Positions 1-10,963 of a stretch of 64,000 nucleotides of DNA are shown piece by piece. Positions within the stretch are counted from its first letter, which is position 1, and each line of letters opens with the position of its first letter. The stretch is from Macrostomum lignano (taxonomy: Eukaryota). The notes below the pieces were generated by a model, which was not told the DNA's origin, did no database searches, and saw only the letters and a list, made by a program, of their open reading frames with translations. A program made the position numbers and the translations under genes. The DNA lies in contig NIVC01000585.1 of NCBI GenBank assembly GCA_002269645.1, positions 63,131-127,130 of the forward strand, written 5' to 3'.

Positions 1-889
1 TTTCATACAACATTCCTTTTAACCTAAGTTCTAGCTCACAAAATCACAATAGTAGCGCGCGTATTTGGGTAGGGAACGATTGAAAAAAAAGAAGGCGCGG
101 AGCGAGTCGCGGGTAGAAGTAAAAAGCGGAATAGAATTTATTGAACGGAGAGCGGAGGGAGACGGAGGAAGAATATGCAGCTGTCCTATTTTGGACCCCA
201 TGAAGAAGCTGAAGTACATTTGAAGTTCCACGCCTTCATCAGAAGATTGCCGATCATCATGCATCCGAGCACCACAAGCAGCTATAGTATATATATATAT
301 ATAGTTAAGAGTGTATCGAGAGAGCGTGCGAAAATGCGGACGTCATTACGGTGTCAATTTGATATTGAAACATTTAAATTTAAATAAGTGCAAAATCTAA
401 CCTTGTCACCAATCCAGTAGTCTCCATAGCGTCCCTCACCAAACTTAACTCGATCGCTCGGTCGTTTACAGTATTAAAATCAAAACTGCCCGCAGCTCAA
501 TGGAGTTCTGGGTAATAAAAAAAATCGTGCATGAGCACACTTTTTGCATGCTAATCTTGTCAGGGTTTATATAGTCTATTTAGTGATCATTATTTATTGA
601 CTGGTGCATTGGCAATTCAATTGGTAAGTGTATGCATATAAGTATGCATAAGTGTGCAAACTCTAGCAATTCATCACTTCGCTTGAAGTGATAATATTGA
701 TTTCTTGACTTGATGCAAGTAATGAAAAGTACAGTTATTAAGAGGGTAAACTTTAAGTAAATATTGCCTCAGCCATTAATACTGCTGCATTTCGTCGAGC
801 AAAGTTTTCTCGACTTCAAAGGTTTGTTCAACGAGCTTCCAATAAAGTATCTTTAAGACAGTAATATTCTGCACAAAGTTGTTACGCTG

Positions 890-1480
890 TTACAGAACCA
901 GCATCTCAACCTCATTAGAGATCGAGTACATGTATTTAAAACCGAAGCCATGTGACCAAACGATGCCCTGGGCATAAGCAGCAGCAAGCCAAGTTTTTTT
1001 ACTGTCCGTTCAAGTGAGCGTTGAAGCAAGATGCGATCGGGACCACAAGGCCCCAAGGTACGCCGTTGCACAGTGGATACCTTAGTGGCGTCCTTCGTAC
1101 TGAGCTGCATATGTCGTTGTCTACTGTAGAAGCCGGACACGCCCAGCCGGACCCACGGAGACACTGGAGTACTCAGCCCAGTGCTCAGAGTCGTTCCACG
1201 TCTTCATCAGGATCCTCAGCTTCCGAGGACCAGAAGAGTGAGAGCGTGGAGAGAGTTCAGGCCTGGGAAGATGCGGACGTCATGGCGGTGTTTGTCATTG
1301 AAGTCCGAGTTGGAAAAGGAAGCGAATGGAGCAGATCTGGGATGCACTCACCGATCCAGTAGTTTTCGTCAGGTCCCCCGCCGAACGCGCTCTGGTACTG
1401 AGTCCAGTTGCGGTAAAAGTCCACTGAGCCGGAATCCTGTGCTGCACGGTGGTCCAGCAGTCACTGTCGGCTGTCTGCAA
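890..1480 (-). pseudogene. Fibrinogen C-terminal domain (FReD/ficolin/tachylectin-like) gene with several frameshifts
   Basis: Manual minus-strand translation across frames gives [35 protein letters not shown], then a GT-AG intron (about 1353-1264), then [57 protein letters not shown] and GIVWSHGFGFKYMYSISNEVEMLVL* (TAA 890-892). These are the hallmark FReD motifs. The 5' end is unresolved. Confidence 0.85.
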
Positions 1481-2772
1481 GGTGACGCAGGTTTTCACAT
1501 GAAACAATGGGTTTTTTCCATACGAGTGACTCAATCACACTCACTGAGCTCCCTTGTTCTCATTGCGGCACTTCCTGCAGTGGTTCAGACTCAGGAAAAC
1601 ACCTGAAGTGAGCCCACAGGCCGGAGCTGGCGGTGAACGACACCCTGAAGTCGGAGAGATTTTGTTGCGAATCGCCCGGCCGCCACTTTGTCTCTGATTA
1701 AGTCGCGTCGCAACCAGAGAGTTTGATTGCAGCATCAAACGAGAGAGAGATTCTACATGAAGGTGTAAGAGACGATTACAAGAAATGATCTCTTTTGCAG
1801 TATCTCCTGAGCAACCAAGTTGAGATCATAATTGTTATGCATGGTTTGCTAAGGCCTCAGGATTGGGAGCACGAGAATTGCCAGCGAGCGAATTACCCGC
1901 CGAGTAGCAAAATGCGCTGCAGGAAAAAAGCATTGCGGGAAAACCTCAGCGGGCAATTCACTCGCGGGAAAATTCTCATGGACCCCTCAGATGGATTCTC
2001 TGGGATATTCTGGGATATTCTCTGGGAGCGGCCTTCTCGTCCCATTTTCTTAGCAACAACAGCAGCTGAGGGGATGATATTTTTGACAAGGTCTTTTTAG
2101 GTCTAAGTAAACTTAGATTCACATCAGTCGTGTGGAAAATTTCTATTCTGTACGGCTTAGGTCTGAGCATTTCAAAATTTCAGCCTCAGGGATCCCGCGA
2201 ACTGAAAAGGGAATGTCTACTCGCTTGAACGGACCGAGAGTCACGGGTAGTCAGAGAGATGAAGCATGAAGCCATTGGAAGGGAGAGGGCGGAGAGAGGT
2301 CTAGCGGAGAGCGGAAAAGACCCGAGCTTCTGAGTAATGCCATCTTCGCAGCAAATTCATCTATCACAAATTAGAAAAAAATCATCTTGTGTGTTGCTGT
2401 CTATATTCTGCTACCCAATTCTGCATGCTAGCTGTGAAAGAGATGGAAGCTGGGTATACTCAAGTAGTTAGCTCGCACTGCTCATGCACACTTCAGAGCA
2501 TTTCAGGCCGACTACCCGCGTGTCCTAGCAACATTGTGCGGCAAGTAGCCGAATCTCATCACAGAGAATCGCTCCCACTACTGCACTCGCACTCGAAGAC
2601 AATGCGGGAAAGAAAACTGGAGACTGGAGCTGAGTAGGTGGCCGGCCATAAAAACTCGAATGTGCATTGAAAGCAACTGTGCGCACCGCATCTCATAAAC
2701 TCTCAGCCTCTCGGGCTCTACACCGCTCAGAGACTGAAACGCGGTTTCCAACCGCAAACCGCAGTTGCCGGC

Positions 2773-3393
2773 ATGATCAACAACGGTCACGCTTCCGGCG
2801 CTCAACCCGAGGCGGCGACGGCGCCGCGTCAGCGCCCGCTCCGGTCGCGCTGCGTCTCGCCGCGCCTCGTCCTGTCCTCGATTCTGGCCTTTCTAGTGCT
2901 CCTGCTCATCCCCTTTTCCGTAGTTGAAATCGTGATTGGCGCCCAGTTCTGGGACTCCTGCCCCATAGAGCGGCTGGTGCCCATCTACCTGGTGTTCAGC
3001 GGCTGCCTGGGCCTGGCGCTCTGCTCTCTGTGCGTTGTGAACTTCACGACCGTGTTTGGCTACTGCAGGAACCGCTGCTGCGTCAGCTCGAAGGAGTGGC
3101 GAGTCGGCGCCACCGTCTGCTTGGCCATCATGAACTGCATGTGGCTCGTGTGCGGCTTCGGCTTTGTCTACAAGGCGGACGCGCTGCACCTGACGGACGA
3201 TGTAACTTCGCTGACGAGCACCCTGCCCAGCCATGTCTATCAGTACTGCAACAACAACCTGCTGGACTTCTCCAAGGCGGCGCTGTACGTTCGCACCGTC
3301 TTCCTGGTTTGCCTGCTGGCGGCAAAGCAGGTGATGTACTTTGACCAGGCCGACCTGGAGAAGAGAGGCGCCAGCAAGCCGCTGCTGTCCTGA
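2773..3393 (+). CDS. TMEM272-like four-transmembrane protein, single exon, 206 aa
   Basis: Intact ORF with about 4 hydrophobic segments and the family-like motif IGAQFWDSCPIERLVPIYLVFSG. Confidence 0.75.
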   Translation: MINNGHASGAQPEAATAPRQRPLRSRCVSPRLVLSSILAFLVLLLIPFSVVEIVIGAQFWDSCPIERLVPIYLVFSGCLGLALCSLCVVNFTTVFGYCRNRCCVSSKEWRVGATVCLAIMNCMWLVCGFGFVYKADALHLTDDVTSLTSTLPSHVYQYCNNNLLDFSKAALYVRTVFLVCLLAAKQVMYFDQADLEKRGASKPLLS

Positions 3394-4218
3394 TGATCCG
3401 CGCTGTCCAGGACCCATGAACTCCGATTGCGGCATTTGAAACTGGGACTTGTACCCACTCGTGTTTATCATACTCCAATGTACTGCTAACTGATTCACTT
3501 TTTTATGTGCTTGCGAGCTAAAATTCCATTTTAAAAACTGTGAAGATGGTTACGCGGGTTGCTCATGGAGGTTGAGGCTTTTCCAGTTATGCTTATGAAG
3601 AGCTGAGGCCTTCCCGTTACTCACGAAGGGGCTTAGCTCTACTGTTTGCACTGAGACAATCAGAGAACAATGTTGAACTGTCAATCCTAAAGTGTCGATA
3701 AGAGGTCAAATTGTACTTTAAGCTGTACGCTTGAAACAGTAAGAGACTTTTCGCTTCTGTTTATGGCTATCGCAAACAATTTTTAAGTGTAAATTTCCTC
3801 GAAAACAGTAAAATTTCAGACGCCGTTACTTTGTTTTTAACAATAAAAATTGATTAAAAATACTTGATTTCTCTACTTTCGCCAAAATTGTAATAGCCTT
3901 TTATTTTCAACATGTTCCTTTTTATTTAACTCCTTGTCTCGCTTGCATCAAAGTTCTACCCTTGACCTTCTCTTTGTACATGAGAGGACAAGTCTTTTAT
4001 TTGTGTGGTTCAGTAGCATATTAACATACAATGTCTAGCTACTTTTAGTAGTAAAGCAAAAACTGGCGGATTGGCCACTCGGACACAGCCAATTGCTGGA
4101 GGCTTCATAGAGCTCGATAAAAACCGAATTCACATTAACTGACTCACCACCACTTACAAGCGTTAGTAAGAACTTTACTGACCAGCGCAGAGCCCAGAGA
4201 CTCATTGCTGCAGTCCTG

Positions 4219-5769
4219 ATGCAGGCCTCCGACTCCGACTTGACAAAGGAGCACAGGAACGGATCAGAACCAACCAACGACAGAATCCTTGAAGCTGTGA
4301 TCACCGAGGGCTTGCCAACCATCGCTAGATACCCTGAAAAGCCGTTAAACAAAGACCGGCTGATTGACAAAAACGGCGAAGATACTTCTCCTTTGCACTT
4401 GGCGTGCCTGCTTGGAAAGCACAGTATTGTCGAAATGTTCCTAAAACATCAAATCAACGTGAATATTCGGAATTCGAGTGGCTGCTCACCGCTCTTAATC
4501 GCAGCGCACACAAATAATCAAGTCGTGGACTCACTCATCAAAGCTCAAGCAGACGTCAATCTTCAAGAAATCAATGGCTGCTCACCGCTGTACATGGCAT
4601 CGCAGAACGGTCACGTCAAAGTCGTCGAGTCCCTCATCAAGGCTCAAGCCGACGTCAATCTTCAGGACATCAATGGTTGCTCTCCGCTCTACAAAGCATC
4701 ACAGAACGGTCATCAGCAAGTTGTCGATCTGCTAATCAAAGCACAGGCTGACGTTAATCTTCAACAGCACGAGGGCAGCTCACCTCTCCACATAGCATCT
4801 CAGTAGAACCATACCAAAGTCATTACATTACTCATAAAAGCACAGGCTGACGTTAATACGCAAAGAAGGACTGGCTTATCACCCCTATACCTTGCATCGC
4901 AGAATGGCCATTGGAAAATCGTTGAACTACTCATTGAAGCACAAGCTAGCGTCAATCTTCAAGAGCAGCATTATGGCTCTTCACCGCTTTATATTGCGGC
5001 ACAAAATGGACATCAGCAAGTAGTCAACGCACTGATCAAAGCGCGAGCTGATGTCGACTTTCAACAAAACATTGGCTCGACACCACTGCATATAGCATCA
5101 GAGAATGGCCACCTGCACATCGTAGACTCGCTTATCAAAGCTCAAGCAGACGTCAATCTTCAAAGAAGCACGGGATCGTCTCCACTCTACATCGCACCCG
5201 AGAATGGGCATCCGCAAGTCGTCGAGTTGCTTATCGAAGCTCAAGCTGATGTGAACAGTCAAGAAGCGGATGGCTCCACACCACTCTACATTGCATCTCA
5301 AAATGGTCACCATAAAATTGTCGTTTCACTCATTACAGCTCAAACCGACATCAATTCACAAGAAAATGTCTACGGCTCCACACCACTAAGCATTGCATCA
5401 TCGAATGGTCACCACACAGTTGTAGACTCACTCATCAAAGCTCAAGCCAACGCCAATCTTCAAGAATTCGATGGCTTACTTATCAAGGCGCAAGCCAGCG
5501 TCAACCATCAAGATATTGATGGCTGCTCGCCTCTCTACATCGCTTCACAGAACGGTCACAAGCACATCGTCAATTTGCTCATCAAAGCGCAAGCCGACGT
5601 CAACCTTCAACGACACAATGGAACCTCTCCCATCCGTATAGCGTCACAAAGAGGTCATCAAGAAATCGTGGACCTGCTAATTAAATCAGATGCAGATTCC
5701 AGTAATTTACTCGAGCGGTCAAACTTCATCAACAAGCAACAGGCAAATGAAGTAGGTCATGTTTTATAG
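4219..5769 (+). pseudogene. Ankyrin repeat array (13 full repeats plus 1 internally deleted) with one in-frame TAG; probable N-terminus of the downstream cGLR
   Basis: ORFs 4219-4806 and 5227-5769 share a frame. Translating through TAG 4804-4806 gives continuous G.(S/T)PL.IASQNGH..VV.LLIKAQADVNLQ repeats. The repeat near 5475 lacks its helix-1 half. Confidence 0.9.
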
Positions 5770-5934
5770 AAACGTTTTCATGTGCTACTCATTCACATAT
5801 TTATTCACAGCATCCAATTTAGACTGGAAGTACTACTTAATTAGATAAACAATTAATTTGGTAATTTATAGGGTAAATGTAATTAATATGACAGTCAATG
5901 ACTATAAGAACTATTATCTTTAATTTTGTTTCAG

Positions 5935-7981
5935 TGCACTTCGAGCGGGCCACAGCTGAGCTGTCAGTCAGTCAGGATTCGTGGAATCCAGAGCTTCTTT
6001 ACAGACAGCAGCTGCTGATGTCCTGCAGGAGATGCTGAGGCTACGTCTTCAGGACGAGGATCGTTTCATTGTCGGCAGCTACTCAGAAGGCTGGGGAAAC
6101 AGTTTGAAAACTTTGAATGGCAAAATTGACGAAGAGTCCGACATTGATGTGATGAAGTTGATTCCAGGCTAAGTTTATCATGCTAGAGACCTGTGCAACT
6201 GCAGCGAGAGTTCTGTCCGGTATGATGCTGCACAATGGTCATATCCAGTGCCCTGGATTTGGTGAGTTCTTTCTGCAACTTGTCATGTTTTTCACAAGCA
6301 AATATGCAAACAGAATATTTATTATTTTTCAAAAAAGCAAGTAACTGTTGCGACATGCCAATATCACTCTCCTATTAAGCATCGAATCCTGCCAAGCCGG
6401 CACCTGGGTTCCCAGTGAGACCGGCACTGGACGATGTCACCGCTGGCCGCCTCTGTCGCTACCCGCCCATCGCGCCTCTCCAGCCCCCTCGAATCTCCCG
6501 ATCGAACATCCCGAAGCCGGTGCTGCAGGCCCTCCAGAAGGTTGTCGACTCTGACTCAACGCCCTGTCACGTGATGCACGCAGCCTCTCCTGGTCGAGGA
6601 GGCCAGGAGCTCCGTGTGAGCACCAGCTTCCTGGAGAAGCGGATGCTCAGAAGTCTCACTACTCTCCAAGGCCAGCTGTTCGTCACTCTCAAGTACCTGG
6701 TCAAGAAGGTCATCTGCAGCAAGGACGGCTTCAACCAGCAAGGCTTTAAATCGTACCATGTGAAGTCCATCACGTTTCGAATGGTGGAGGAGACGCCGAT
6801 CGAGCAGTGGAAGCCGGAAAACCTCGTGAGTCTTGTGAGGAGGTCTCTGCAGATGCTGCTTGGCTGTGTGGAGAGCAGTCGCTCGCCCGACAATGCTCAC
6901 GGCCGGATCATGGAGCACTTCTTCCTGTGCGACATCGCTGTGTACCTCAAGGGTGCAGTGGGGAAAGACGGAAGCATGGGCCAGACTCTGGGCAGCATCG
7001 CGAGCACACTGAGAACAGTGATTGATCGGCTGCCTCAGCTGCTGCAGCAGTTCATGAGCAGTCTGAGACCCGTGAGCGGCTCAGGAATATTCTACTTCCA
7101 CCCGTTCCAAATCCTGCCTGATTTGAGACCAAGAGCGCCGCTGCCTCAGCCTGACAGTCTGGAGTACCACGAGATCTACGACGTGGTGAGGGAGTGTCTG
7201 GTGCGTCTCTCTTGCACCAGAGGCATCGCTTGGTCCGCTGAGAAGTCGGCGACCGAGGCGACCAGGGAGTTCGTGTGGCGGCATCTGAGGAGCCAGGACT
7301 CTGCGTGGAAGTTCTGCTTTGAGCTTGACAACCAAACAAAGCTATCGTTTTTGACCGGGGCTCTCAACGAGTGCTTTCCGCTGAGGCTATCAAGCAGCAC
7401 GAATCACCACTACGTAAACTTCGATGCTCTGCTGTGGGCCCTGCAACTTGAGCTGAAAACTGGCGGCGTTGCGTGCGCCCAAGATTGTATCCGCGATGTT
7501 GTTGAGCGGGAAGATGTCGATCAACAGGAGTTGCTGGTGGGCGCTTGGTATTGCTCGCGCATCAAACTGTCTTTGGATATTCTGAATAGATTTGAGAAGC
7601 TGAGGTTAGGCCTTCCCGACTGGCTGAAGCTGGAGGTCGGTAAGAAACTGACCTCCTGACTGGCTGAAGCTGGAGGTCGGTAAGAAACTGACCTCCTGAC
7701 TGGCTGAAGCTGGAGGTCGGTAAGAAACTGACCTCCTGACTGGCTGAAGCTGGAGGTCGGTAAGAAACTGACCTCCTGACTGGCTGAAGCTGGAGGTCGG
7801 TAAGAAACTGACCTCCTGACTGGCTGAAGCTGGAGGTCGGTAAGAAACTGACCTCCTGACTGGCTGAAGCTGGAGGTCGGTAAGAAACTGACCTCCTGAC
7901 TGGCTGAAGCTGGAGGTCGGTAAGAAACTGACCTCCTGGAAGCAAAGTGAACCGAAGACGGGTTCCAAGGTCATCAACTGA
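5935..7981 (+). pseudogene. cGAS-like receptor / Mab-21 family nucleotidyltransferase, copy 1 (exons about 5935-6261 and 6380-7981), disrupted
   Basis: Pol-beta NTase signature GSYSEG...SDIDVM (GS 6074-6079, D 6140, D 6146), a third Asp at 6430, and Mab21 C-lobe motifs STSFLEK, LKYLVKK, SYHVKSITF, QWKPENL, MEHFFL. GT-AG intron 6262-6379. Lesions: TAA 6170-6172, 1-nt frameshifts near 5990 and 6230, a deletion of about 55 codons relative to copy 2, and a tandem-repeat-generated stop at 7657-7659. Confidence 0.88.
7615..7938 (+). repeat. 40-bp tandem repeat x8 derived from cGLR coding sequence
   Basis: TGGCTGAAGC recurs at 7621, 7661 ... 7901 and the units look identical. Confidence 0.97.
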
Positions 7982-9470
7982 GATCTTTGATTGAACTGGA
8001 AGTGAGGATCGTGTGTGCTTTTGCGCAAATAATACCCAGAGGTTGTCAAGGACTAGTGTGAAATAGGTAATAAGCTATACTGAGACGGTTTAATTTGACG
8101 CTAATAGAATTCAGCCCAAATGATCTGTTAGCTTGCCAACAAAGACTTAAATGTCATTTGTTATAATACGCAACTTTTCACCCACTGCAAAAAGCAAGGC
8201 GATAGCCTACAGCCTCGCTTAGCTGTCCACAAAAAGCCTACTTAAATCATCTCAGTACAGTACGGTCAGTACAGTACAGCGGACTGCAGCTTATAGGTAC
8301 ATGTACTTGTTGGTTTTGCTCCGCCGTCCTGCTGCAGGTTTTTGTGAGAAATTTGGCGTCTGTAAGAAAGTTATGACTTACGTGTATGATATCTCGGTTT
8401 TCATTTAGATTTGCATTTACCCCGGGAAACCTGCCGCAGCAGGAAGGCAGCATGGCCATGTACATGTAGCTAGTCAATCAGTTTGCGCAGCAGATTGCTG
8501 ACTGCGATGGAGACCGTTGCAACCTGCAATTGAGTAAAAGTAGCAGCCTCCGGATGGAGTTGGCTTCAGAGCGGTCATAGGTGCCCGAGGGACGGAGTCT
8601 GGATACAGTTCTAAGCAGACCAGAGGAGCAGCAGCTGAAAAGCGTATCAAATTCCGCATAGTTGTCCTTCGATCCTCATCCGGAAATCTGCCTTACCAAA
8701 CTATTTTAATTTCCTAATTAACTCATAACTTCCTAAGTTGGCACACATAGAAGAGTAGCCAGGCCCGAGCCCGTACATACTCTGAACATTCTGTTTGATT
8801 GCTACACTGCATGATGAGTTTGAACAGCCCCATTAGTGCTCCTTCTGTATGGAATTATAGATTTGTCATTGATGAGCTAAACTACATGTATGCATCTAGA
8901 AAAACATGCATGTTTCAAATCCAAAGCTATGCCCGATCCCGTAACTTTTTTCAAGAAATTTTTTAAAACCGGAAATTTGTTTTTAGCTTTTTAGGTGTGT
9001 TGCGTAAAATCTTTACATAATTAATAAAGAGATGACAGAAGATTATTACTTCTTAGAAGTTATTAACGTTAGAAAACGTTTCTAGATTGTTTTTCGCTTC
9101 CGTTTTTTGGTTTTGGAAATAATTAGAATTATCCTGGTTCTGGAGATAATTATTGTCAAAATTCCCAATGGGCAGATAAAATTGATCTAGTTCCAGTGAG
9201 AATATGGGGAGTTATTGCTTTTAAAACTATTATACAAAAAAACTAACATTCTGACAATTTTTTTATTTAGACTGATTAGATTTTTGTCTAAAAATTTTGT
9301 AAAGATTGTTTTACTTTGTACTGCTTCAATGGAAACAAAAATTCAGTGTTTATTCTTTCCGTCATTTATTATCGTAATATATTCCGTCCGTCATATATTA
9401 TCGTAATATAGGTGTACTTCCATGCACCAGGCTATCCAGCTGGTGGATATTAATATAATAATTCTGAATT

Positions 9471-9687
9471 ATGACAGATCATAAGTCAATTTCAGTCATC
9501 ACGCAGTGTATAAGAGGTCCATCGGCCATAAAAACAACAACGCATTGTCATCGAAAGCCAAAGCCTGGAAAGAATGGAACTGAAGCAACTGCAACCGATT
9601 CAAGACAGGCAAAAACGGATGAAGCCACATTCACTGGAAAAACTGTCGAAGAGCTTTTAAGTTTTACCAATGGAGATCTTTTAAAGG
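9471..9687 (+). CDS. Possible first coding exon of the FAM161-like gene
   Basis: ATG-initiated frame ending at a phase-0 donor (AAG|GTATGA) compatible with the phase-0 acceptor at 10964. No family motif supports the link. Confidence 0.35.
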
Positions 9688-10963
9688 TATGATTTGACAC
9701 ACATTTGTGGGCTGAAAAAGTTAAAATTCTACGATTAATCCTCTATCTTTATACATTAGCCCAAAATAATAACTATACCAAGCACAGCTGAACTTCCACA
9801 TCTGCAACAACTATCATTATTTGCTTATTTTCGCTAAAATTAAACTGATTTTATCTTATTCTATACATTGGTTTCATAACATTCGAATAATGTTTTTTAG
9901 ATATGCAAACTTTTTGTTATTTAATAGGAATATTTTGCAAGTGTTTGCTGGTAAATTATGATGTTTTTACAGTAATCTAAATGCACATACTATGCCAAAA
10001 AAAATAATTTTTTTGAAAATTTATAGCATTCTTTATTTTGTAAATATTTTAAACTTTTTTACTTTTAGCAGCCCCAATCTTTAAATGTTATAAATTTTCA
10101 TTTTCATGTTGTTCATTTTGTTTGTTTCAAAAACATTTTTTAATTGAATCAATTAACTTTGTAACAATAGATTAGACAGTTTAATCAAAAAATATAATTT
10201 TTCCATATAATCAATCGCAGCTGGTGTTAAAGTTGTTAAGTCTTTAAGTTCAAAAGTTTTAATACAATTCTAATATAAAAATAATTTAATCTATCTAATC
10301 TTCTAAATATACTAAATCTCTAATATTTGTTTGTTTGTTTGTATGTTTGTCCATAACGCTCTAGAGATTGCAATTCTTCACCGATTTTGATCGCGTTTTC
10401 ACCAAAAGATTCAAAATTGTCTGGAAAGAAGACAGTTAAAATTTCTTGTATCTGCTTCAATGCTAAAGGGATTAAATATTCGAAAAACTGTTTCAAATGG
10501 GCTTTTTCAATGCAAAATTCTATCAGCGAGAAACTTCACAGCCAATTTTAATGATTGCGCCAGAGCCAACTGATAAGAAAACTCACTGGGCCCCACTTAA
10601 AGGGGGGGGGCAATAAAAATTATTCTGGCTGCTGGCAGCCAGCTCTAATTAGCTAGTATATATACTAAAATTTTTCTTGCCTCGAATTTTTTACAAGATC
10701 TTGACCAGCGTCCAATTGACTTTAATTTATTATTTTTTAAATGATCAGTGATAAAAACACATTGATTATGTAATTGGCTATGCTTATTGATACTTTTCAC
10801 TTTGAATGACAATAAATTACTCAATTCTTTTAATAAAGTCCTAAGATAGGCCATGAATATTAATGCAAATTAAACTAAATTCTGCACACAATTCTCACAA
10901 AATTTTCTAGCTTTTTTGTTTTAATTTGTTACATTGGCTACTGGTGCATCCTCCCTCCCCCAG

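Noticed and set aside
853-1606. Annotated short ORFs as independent genes
   Set aside because: They are alternative frames or fragments of the frameshifted FReD gene.
4804-4806. Stop-codon reassignment or programmed readthrough explaining in-frame TAG, TAA and TGA
   Set aside because: All three codons end apparently intact genes here (TGA Gfi1, TAG secreted gene, TAA short ANK), and the same loci have other lesions. Decay or sequencing error is simpler.
5935-7981. Bacterial CBASS or contamination
   Set aside because: There is a GT-AG intron at a position shared by both paralogs, metazoan Mab21 C-lobe motifs are present, and there is no operon structure.
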